From: an uncultured SAR86 cluster bacterium
GTDB lineage: Bacteria; Pseudomonadota; Gammaproteobacteria; Magnimaribacterales; D2472
Direction of reading: 5' to 3'
DNA: 64,000 nt
NCBI GenBank assembly: GCA_902624425.1
Contig: CACNXK010000001.1
Location: 128,432-192,431, forward strand
The translations under genes were made by a program, and so were the position numbers. This document shows, one piece after another, positions 57,511 to 64,000 of this stretch. A model generated the notes under the pieces. The model was not told the DNA's origin. It searched no databases and saw only the letters and a program-made list of their open reading frames with translations. Within the stretch, counting starts at the first letter, position 1, and each line of letters opens with the position of its first letter.

Positions 57511-58728
57511 ATGTCTAACAATACCCTTATCCTTGGTCTGCAATGGGGAGACGAAGGTAAAGGCAAAATTGTAGATGCACTAAGCGAAAATGTTTTTGCA
57601 GTATGCAGATTCCAAGGTGGTCATAATGCTGGGCACACAATAAAAGTTGACGGTGTCCAAACTGTTCTTCATTTAATTCCCTCAGGGGTTCTTCATCGGA
57701 GTGTCAAATGTCTTATTGGAAATGGCGTTGTCTTATCGCTTGAAGCTATCAAGAAAGAAATTAAAGGATTGGAAGAATTTGGTGTAGAAATTAAAAATCG
57801 ACTTCATATAAGTGAAAATTGTCCATTAATTCTTCCGAGTCATATAAAAATTGATCAAGTAAGAGATAAAGACGAGTTTATTGGAACAACAGGAAGAGGT
57901 ATTGGGCCAGCATATGAAGACAAGGTTGGAAGAAGAGCAATAAGATTTGGTGATTTAAAAGATGAAACATTGTTAAGAAAAAAAGTATCAAGATTAATAA
58001 AAATTCATAATAAACTTTTAAAACATTTTTATGATTCTGAACCATTTTCTGAAGATGAGATACTTAATAACCTTTTATCCTACAAAGATTTTGCTGAAAG
58101 TTTTTCTATAAATACAACTGATCTATTAATGGCTTGGGCTGAGGAAGGAAAAGAGGTCCTGTTTGAGGGTGCTCAGGGAACTTTTCTTGATATTGATCAT
58201 GGGACATATCCTTATGTGACATCATCAAGTACAACAATTGGTGGAGTTTCCTCTGGCCTTGGAATAGGGCCAAAACATATTAATAATGTGATAGGTGTTG
58301 TTAAAGCATACGCCACAAGAGTTGGAGAGGGACCGTTTACAACAGAACTGTTTGATAAAGATGGGGATGAAATTGCCAAACGAGGTAATGAGTTTGGAGC
58401 AACAACTGGCAGACCTAGAAGGTGCGGGTGGCTTGATCTAGTTGCTTTAAAAAAAGCAATTTTTATTAACTCCGTTGATAGTTTATGTATAACTAAAGCT
58501 GATGTATTAGACACCTTTGAGAATATAAATGTTTGCATTGATTATGATGGAGAAAATCCAGTCTATAAATCTTTTGAAGGATGGCAAGAAGATACTTCTC
58601 TATTTAGTTCATATGATGAACTCCCACAAAAACTTAAAGACTATATAAAATTTATTGAAGAGTTTGTTAATTGCAAAGTAAGTATTATTTCTGTTGGCCC
58701 ATCAAGAGAGCAAAGTATTCATTTGTAA
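57511..58728 (+). CDS. purA: adenylosuccinate synthetase
   Basis: Start set at MSNNTLILGLQWGDEGKGK (P-loop), 1 nt after the hflC stop. The track start at 57451 overlaps hflC. TTGRGIGP and GTTTGRPRRCGW motifs are present. Confidence 0.95.
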   Translation: MSNNTLILGLQWGDEGKGKIVDALSENVFAVCRFQGGHNAGHTIKVDGVQTVLHLIPSGVLHRSVKCLIGNGVVLSLEAIKKEIKGLEEFGVEIKNRLHISENCPLILPSHIKIDQVRDKDEFIGTTGRGIGPAYEDKVGRRAIRFGDLKDETLLRKKVSRLIKIHNKLLKHFYDSEPFSEDEILNNLLSYKDFAESFSINTTDLLMAWAEEGKEVLFEGAQGTFLDIDHGTYPYVTSSSTTIGGVSSGLGIGPKHINNVIGVVKAYATRVGEGPFTTELFDKDGDEIAKRGNEFGATTGRPRRCGWLDLVALKKAIFINSVDSLCITKADVLDTFENINVCIDYDGENPVYKSFEGWQEDTSLFSSYDELPQKLKDYIKFIEEFVNCKVSIISVGPSREQSIHL

Positions 58729-59126
58729 ATCTTATCTAAACTTGCATTAATAAATTTATAAGAATCTGGATTAGAGAATTTCTTTGTCAATCTTATACAT
58801 TCATCAATGACAACGTTTCTTGGAGCTATTTTCATATCCATTTCAATTATACCGAGGCATAAGATGGCTTTATCAATAAGCTCAATCTCATTTTTGCTAA
58901 TGCTCATTTCTTTTGAAATAATTTCCTCTATAAATTCATTCTTTTTAATAAGGGTATCCAAGCAAAGCTTAAATCTTTTGAAGTCTACTTTTTTAGATTT
59001 ATGCTCTTTTTTAAATTGTTCTAGGATTTCTTTAGATGGAGTGTTTTCAAATAAGTATTGATAGATTGCTTGAACTATTACTTCTCTGGTTTTAACAGCT
59101 AACTTATGTTTCGCAAGATTTTTCAT
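58719..59126 (-). CDS. nusB: transcription antitermination factor NusB
   Basis: 135 aa in the conserved position after ribH. N-terminal AREVIVQAIYQ-type motif. Confidence 0.85.
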   Translation of the reverse strand: MKNLAKHKLAVKTREVIVQAIYQYLFENTPSKEILEQFKKEHKSKKVDFKRFKLCLDTLIKKNEFIEEIISKEMSISKNEIELIDKAILCLGIIEMDMKIAPRNVVIDECIRLTKKFSNPDSYKFINASLDKIYK

Positions 59127-59529
59127 TAATCAGAGCCACTAGTGCGTTTGCATTATTTGTTGTTGTTGAGATATATCTTCGTTCTAATTGATCTTTAGTG
59201 TCAACGCAAAGCACACCATTTATTACTGAAACATCAGGATAATCAAGGGCAAGTTGTCCTAATGACCTAAAAGTTTCAGTACTGACCAAATCATAATGAG
59301 AAGTTTCACCTCTAATAATTATTCCAATCGCAAGAATTCCCAAAGTTTTAGACGAAATCTTTGCCTTTGCTAGAGCTGGTATTTCCAATGATCCAGGAGC
59401 TTTGTGTACTTTAATTTTATAATTTGTAGATTCTAAAATTTCTAGAGCCGTATCAGACATCTCATTTATAAAATCTTTGTACCAGCTAGTATGAATTATT
59501 AGAATTTCATCATTTTTAGTCATTTTCAA
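59104..59529 (-). CDS. ribH: 6,7-dimethyl-8-ribityllumazine synthase
   Basis: 141 aa. VHKAPGSLEIP and IIRGETSHYD parallel E. coli VPGAYELP and VIRGGTAHFE. Confidence 0.8.
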   Translation of the reverse strand: MKMTKNDEILIIHTSWYKDFINEMSDTALEILESTNYKIKVHKAPGSLEIPALAKAKISSKTLGILAIGIIIRGETSHYDLVSTETFRSLGQLALDYPDVSVINGVLCVDTKDQLERRYISTTTNNANALVALINEKSCET

Positions 59530-60586
59530 AACCTACTATTTCAATATTAAATCCAGATATATTGTTGTATTGGGTTGGAGTACCCAAAACTTTTATTTTT
59601 GTTAAGCCAAGATCTCTTAAAATTTGAGATCCAGCACCAATAACTCTTCTACTTTTTTTTGTTAATTCTTTTCCATCAAGAAGTGAAAGCCAATAGCTGC
59701 TTGCATCTCGATGATTAATTAAAACAAAAACACCAGCTTCTGACTCTGATATTTTTTTCAATGAACTCCTTACGGACCACTTTTTTCCAAGATCATTAAT
59801 TGCTAATGTATCTTGTAAAACACTTTGTGTTTGAACTCTTACCAAGGGAGCATTTGCATTTTGTACATCACCTTTTGATAAGGAAAAGTGGAAATTTTTC
59901 TCAAGCATATCTTCCCAAATTCTTAATTCAAATTCGCCAAAATCTGTTTCAACTGATTTTCTCTCTACTTCTCTAACAGTTGCCTCAGTTGTAAGCCTAA
60001 AATCAATTAGATCAGCAATGGTACCAATTTTTAAATCATGTTTTTTTGCAAATTCAATAAGATCATCTCTTCTTGCCATAGAGCCATCGTCATTCATAAT
60101 CTCACATATAACTCCTGATGGAGTAAATCCTGCAAGTTCAGCGAGATCACAAGATGCTTCGGTATGACCAGCTCTAGCCAAAACTCCTCCATCCATCGCT
60201 TGAAGTGGAAAAATATGACCAGGTTGGGCTATATCTTCTTTTGTTGAACTAGGATTAACTGCTGCGAGGATTGTTGTTGCTCTATCTTGAGCAGAAATAC
60301 CCGTAGTAATTCCTTCTTTCGCTTCTATAGATACAGTGAAAGCAGTCTTATTACTTGATTCATTTGAATCAGTCATCTGCTTCAAGCCTAATACAGAACA
60401 TTTTTCTTTAGTAAGTGTAAGACAAATTAAGCCTCTACCATGCTTTGCCATAAAGTTAACAATATCTGAATCAACCGTATCTGCAGCACAAACGAGGTCA
60501 CCTTCGTTTTCTCTATCTTCATCATCAACGATAATGACAATTTTTCCTTCTTTAAGGTCTTGAATGATTTCTTTTGTTGTATTCAT
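59516..60586 (-). CDS. ribBX: 3,4-dihydroxy-2-butanone-4-phosphate synthase fused to a degenerate GTP cyclohydrolase II-like domain (RibBX type)
   Basis: The N-terminal half has DDEDRENEGDL and HTEAS. The C-terminal half has RVQTQSVLQDT and DLGKK where RibA has RVHSECLTGD and RCDCG, so the zinc-binding Cys ligands are missing. Confidence 0.85.
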   Translation of the reverse strand: MNTTKEIIQDLKEGKIVIIVDDEDRENEGDLVCAADTVDSDIVNFMAKHGRGLICLTLTKEKCSVLGLKQMTDSNESSNKTAFTVSIEAKEGITTGISAQDRATTILAAVNPSSTKEDIAQPGHIFPLQAMDGGVLARAGHTEASCDLAELAGFTPSGVICEIMNDDGSMARRDDLIEFAKKHDLKIGTIADLIDFRLTTEATVREVERKSVETDFGEFELRIWEDMLEKNFHFSLSKGDVQNANAPLVRVQTQSVLQDTLAINDLGKKWSVRSSLKKISESEAGVFVLINHRDASSYWLSLLDGKELTKKSRRVIGAGSQILRDLGLTKIKVLGTPTQYNNISGFNIEIVGFEND

Positions 60587-61587
60587 GTTCTTCTTAAATA
60601 AGTTTCTTTAGTATCATGTTTAATTTGAAGTGTGGATTTTAAATCAAAACCGAAGCTTTCTATAGTTTTATTTTTAAACCAAGGTACTCCTTCATCTCCT
60701 AGCTTATTTTTTGACTTGTAAACAATAACCTCATCAACTAGATTTTTACTTAGGAAGGCATTTACTAATTTTGGACCTGCCTCAATGAGGACTGAATTTA
60801 TTTCAGAATTTGATAACTCTTTTATTAATGCATTTAAATCATTTGAACGCTCAATTTTTACATCACCTGTCTTAAAAAAGTTATATTTCTCATCAACTGG
60901 TTGCGATGTCAAAAGTATTTTTTTAGGTTGATTAACTTCGAAATCAACTCTTGCATTCATTTTAGGATTATCATTTCTGAGCGTATTTCCGCCGGTAATG
61001 ATCACATCGAATTCTGCCCTAACAACTTGAACATCATCTCTTGATTCCTCTGAGGTAATCCAAGTAAATTTATTATCTTTTCTATGAGACATACCATCAG
61101 AGGAAGATGCCATTTTTATAGACACGTAAGGTCGCTTGTGAGTATTTTTATAAAAGAAATATTTATTAAGCTTAATTAAGTCCTCTTCAAAAAAACCAGA
61201 AATAACTTGAATTCCATTTTTCTCTAGTTGCTTAATACCAGAACCAGCTACTTTTGGGTTTGGGTCTTTAATACCAATTACTACTTTTTTGATTCCTGAC
61301 TTAATGATTGCATCTGTACATGGTCCTGTTTTTCCATGATGACAGCAAGGCTCTAGAGTGCAATATAAGGTTAATTTTTGATAATCCTTTTCTAAAATTT
61401 TGTTATTCTTGTAGAGACTTTCAAGTGCATTAATTTCAGCATGATTTGAGCCATACTTCATATGAAAACCCTCTGCAATAATCTCATTATCCTTTACTAT
61501 TACACATCCAACCATTGGATTTGGTTTAGTTAAATATTTACCTTTGGAGGCAATATCAATAGCCCTTTTTAAAAAAACTTCATGCAT
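60583..61587 (-). CDS. ribD: bifunctional riboflavin biosynthesis deaminase/reductase
   Basis: CMP/dCMP deaminase zinc motifs HAEINAL and PCCHHGKTGPC, plus a C-terminal reductase domain. Confidence 0.92.
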   Translation of the reverse strand: MHEVFLKRAIDIASKGKYLTKPNPMVGCVIVKDNEIIAEGFHMKYGSNHAEINALESLYKNNKILEKDYQKLTLYCTLEPCCHHGKTGPCTDAIIKSGIKKVVIGIKDPNPKVAGSGIKQLEKNGIQVISGFFEEDLIKLNKYFFYKNTHKRPYVSIKMASSSDGMSHRKDNKFTWITSEESRDDVQVVRAEFDVIITGGNTLRNDNPKMNARVDFEVNQPKKILLTSQPVDEKYNFFKTGDVKIERSNDLNALIKELSNSEINSVLIEAGPKLVNAFLSKNLVDEVIVYKSKNKLGDEGVPWFKNKTIESFGFDLKSTLQIKHDTKETYLRRT

Positions 61588-62063
61588 TATTTCTTTTTAG
61601 ATTTTTTTCTATCTTCTTTATTAAGAGATTTTATTTCATCAGAAAAGTCATTTATGTCTTGAAAATCCCTATAGACAGATGCAAATCTAACATATGCAAC
61701 TTGATCCACATCTTTCAAGGCATTCATCATAATTTCTCCAATTTTTTCGGAGGGGATTTCTCTTTCTCCAAGCACCCTTATGTCACTGAGTATCTTTGAA
61801 AAAAGAGCATCTGTTTTTTCAGATGATAGAGGTCTTTTTTCAAGAGCTCGCAACATTCCTTTTTTTAGCTTAGATCCATTAAATTCCTGCCGCTGGCCAT
61901 CATTTTTGATAATTTTTGGGAGAGCCAGATCAGCAACTTCAAAAGTTGTAAATCTTGCATTACAGACATCACACTTCCTTCTTCTCCTAATCTGAGAACC
62001 ATCAGCAAATATTCTTGAATCAATAACCTTTGTGTCTTCTGCTTGGCAAAAAGGACAGTACAT
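61587..62063 (-). CDS. nrdR: transcriptional repressor NrdR
   Basis: Zinc ribbon MYCPFCQ...CDVC and an ATP-cone. 158 aa. Confidence 0.93.
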   Translation of the reverse strand: MYCPFCQAEDTKVIDSRIFADGSQIRRRRKCDVCNARFTTFEVADLALPKIIKNDGQRQEFNGSKLKKGMLRALEKRPLSSEKTDALFSKILSDIRVLGEREIPSEKIGEIMMNALKDVDQVAYVRFASVYRDFQDINDFSDEIKSLNKEDRKKSKKK

Positions 62064-63358
62064 TATTTATAAACCGGAAAATCTTTACATAAAGAAAGAG
62101 CTTTATTTTTAATTTCTTCAATTTTTTGGTCATTATCCAAATCAAGCACTATGTCACATATCCAGTTTGAAATTTGGATAATTTCATCTTCCTTAAAGCC
62201 TCTTGTTGTCACCGCTGGTGTTCCAAGTCTTATTCCTGATGTTATGAAAGGTGACTGTGGATCGTTAGGAACAGCATTTTTGTTTACTGTTATATTTGCT
62301 AACCCAAGCTTATTTTCTGAATCTTTTCCTGTTATACCTTTGTTTCTGAGATCAACAAGAATCATATGATTTTCAGTTCCACCCTTTATTACATCAACTC
62401 CTCTTCCAATAATCGTCTTCGCCATAGTTTTTGCATTACTAATGACTTGAGACATGTAGGTTTTAAATTCAGGTTCAAGAGCTTCTTTGAAACAAACCGC
62501 TTTTGCAGCGACTACATGCATTAGAGGGCCACCTTGAGAGCCTGGAAAAACAGCAGAATTTAATTTTTTTTGTATTTCCTCATTTTCCTTTGCAAGAATA
62601 ATACCAGACCTCGGACCTCTCAATGTTTTGTGTGTTGTAGATGTTACGACATCTGCAAAAGGGATAGGAGAAGGATACATTCCTGCCGCAACAAGACCTG
62701 ATATGTGTGCCATATCGACTAGGAAATAAGCATTAACTTCATCTGCTATTTCTCTAAATATACTCCAATCAATCAAACCTGAAAAAGCAGAAAAACCCGC
62801 AATAATTAGTTTTGGGTTGTGTTTTTTTGCTAAATCACGGACTTGATCATAATCAATATCATGTGTTTCGGAATTCAGACCATATTGAAAAGATTTATAG
62901 TTTCTTCCTGAGAAATTAACTTTTGATCCATGCGTAAGGTGCCCACCATGATCAAGACTCATTCCGAGTATTGCATCATTTGGCTGAAGTAATGCTAAAT
63001 ATGCTGCAGCATTTGCTGATGAGCCTGAATGAGGTTGAACATTTGCATAATCCGCATTAAAAAGTTCCTTAGCTCTCTCAATTGCTAATTTCTCAGCAAT
63101 ATCAACAAATTCACAACCTCCATAATATCTTTTGTCTGGATATCCTTCAGCATATTTATTTGTCAATACAGAGCCCTGCGCCTGTAGCACCCTCTGGCTT
63201 GCATAATTTTCCGAAGCTATAAGCTCAATATGTTCTTCTTGCCTAACCATTTCCTTCTCAAAGGACTCCCAAAGTTCAGCATCGTATAGTTCAATATCTT
63301 TTTTATCAGAAAAAATTGCATCAGTTTTGTTATTAGATTTCTTACCAAGTAAAGACAT
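62063..63358 (-). CDS. glyA: serine hydroxymethyltransferase
   Basis: ELIASENY motif and the PLP-binding [10 protein letters not shown] motif. 431 aa. Confidence 0.96.
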   Translation of the reverse strand: MSLLGKKSNNKTDAIFSDKKDIELYDAELWESFEKEMVRQEEHIELIASENYASQRVLQAQGSVLTNKYAEGYPDKRYYGGCEFVDIAEKLAIERAKELFNADYANVQPHSGSSANAAAYLALLQPNDAILGMSLDHGGHLTHGSKVNFSGRNYKSFQYGLNSETHDIDYDQVRDLAKKHNPKLIIAGFSAFSGLIDWSIFREIADEVNAYFLVDMAHISGLVAAGMYPSPIPFADVVTSTTHKTLRGPRSGIILAKENEEIQKKLNSAVFPGSQGGPLMHVVAAKAVCFKEALEPEFKTYMSQVISNAKTMAKTIIGRGVDVIKGGTENHMILVDLRNKGITGKDSENKLGLANITVNKNAVPNDPQSPFITSGIRLGTPAVTTRGFKEDEIIQISNWICDIVLDLDNDQKIEEIKNKALSLCKDFPVYK

Positions 63359-63420
63359 TTTTTAAATTTCTCCTAAAATGACAACTATAAACAGTAACTC
63401 GCCAATATATTCTAAATGAA

Positions 63421-64000
63421 CTAAGGTTTTTTGTGGATAAAAGTTTTTTTTCTTTTTGGGTATAATTTTTTACAGATCCGACACTTTAGCCCAAAACATT
63501 CTCTTGCTTGACAATACTCTCTTCCCCAAAAAATAAATTGCAAATGTAGGTCATTCCAATTTTCTGGTGGAAATATCTTTTTTAAGTCCTTTTCTGTTTG
63601 TAAAACGTTTTTCCCTGATGTAAGACCCCATCTTTGAGCTAATCTATGAACATGAGTATCAACAGGAAAAGCTGGTTCTCCAAATGCTTGACTCATTAAA
63701 ACCGATGCAGTTTTATGGCCAACCCCAGGTAACTTTTCTAACTCATAGAAACTTTCTGGAACCCTGCCGTTATGTTCTTTGAGCAATATTTTTGATAATT
63801 GTCTAATAGCTTTAGATTTTTTTGGTCCTAGACCACAAGGTTTAATTACTGAATATATCTTTTTCTCAGTAAGTTTTGACATTGAAAGTGGATCCTTGGC
63901 TAATTTAAATAATTTTGGAGTAACTTGATTTACTCTTTCGTCAGTACATTGTGCAGACAGTAAAACTGCTATCAAAAAAGAGAAGTTGTCAAAATGATCA
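63421..64000 (-). CDS. nth: endonuclease III family DNA glycosylase, 5-prime end cut by window edge
   Basis: The frame stays open upstream of the track start to the window end (DHFDNFSFLIAVLLSAQCTD). HhH-GPD motif LPGVGHKTA...VDTHV. C-terminal four-Cys cluster. Confidence 0.85.
   Translation of the reverse strand, partial: DHFDNFSFLIAVLLSAQCTDERVNQVTPKLFKLAKDPLSMSKLTEKKIYSVIKPCGLGPKKSKAIRQLSKILLKEHNGRVPESFYELEKLPGVGHKTASVLMSQAFGEPAFPVDTHVHRLAQRWGLTSGKNVLQTEKDLKKIFPPENWNDLHLQFIFWGREYCQARECFGLKCRICKKLYPKRKKTFIHKKP

Overview
This is a 64-kb chromosomal segment that is very AT-rich (about one-third G+C by eye) and about 96% coding by my tally of gaps. Marker proteins and synteny suggest a streamlined marine-type gammaproteobacterium: SlmA, aroK-aroB beside mrcA, miaA-hflK-hflC-purA, nrdR-ribD-ribBX-ribH-nusB, and waaA/lpxL. 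SAR86-like is only a guess and cannot be tested here. I call 65 CDS (two cut by the window edges, one a speculative small ORF) and two stand-alone tRNAs (Ile-GAU, Ala-UGC). I recognise no rRNA, CRISPR array, transposase, integrase or phage genes. The content falls into eight groups. (1) Housekeeping: tyrS, katG, phrB, hemE, aroBK, mrcA, algC, ilvE, purA, the rib genes and glyA. (2) Two Fur-box-controlled TonB-dependent receptors; one heads a complete heme-uptake locus (receptor, hmuTUV, HugZ-like). (3) An mntR gene divergent from a tandem two-TM-repeat membrane protein, with an MntR-like palindrome embedded in back-to-back promoters. (4) An 11.4-kb unbroken minus-strand gene string: cobS, cobT, diiron protein, BI-1, mini-ORF, DUF305/LVIVD protein, DoxX, type II PanK-like, fatty-acid hydroxylase fusion, DmdA-like aminomethyltransferase, MetF-like. 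(5) A lipid A/core region with a translationally coupled GT4-methyltransferase-toroid cassette. (6) A large surface lipoprotein that combines poly-Gly linkers, a cadherin-like repeat and a type-1 copper ligand signature. (7) A class-2-like dihydroorotate dehydrogenase that carries the class-1 Cys motif. (8) Deviations from canonical gammaproteobacterial synteny: hfq-hflX are missing between miaA and hflK, ribE is missing, and ribBX replaces ribBA. The candidates most worth follow-up are the MntR-controlled membrane module, the orphan CobS/CobT pair with the adjacent diiron protein, the cupredoxin-bearing lipoprotein, and the DmdA-like/MetF-like pair. All functional calls come from motif recognition by eye; no searches were run.
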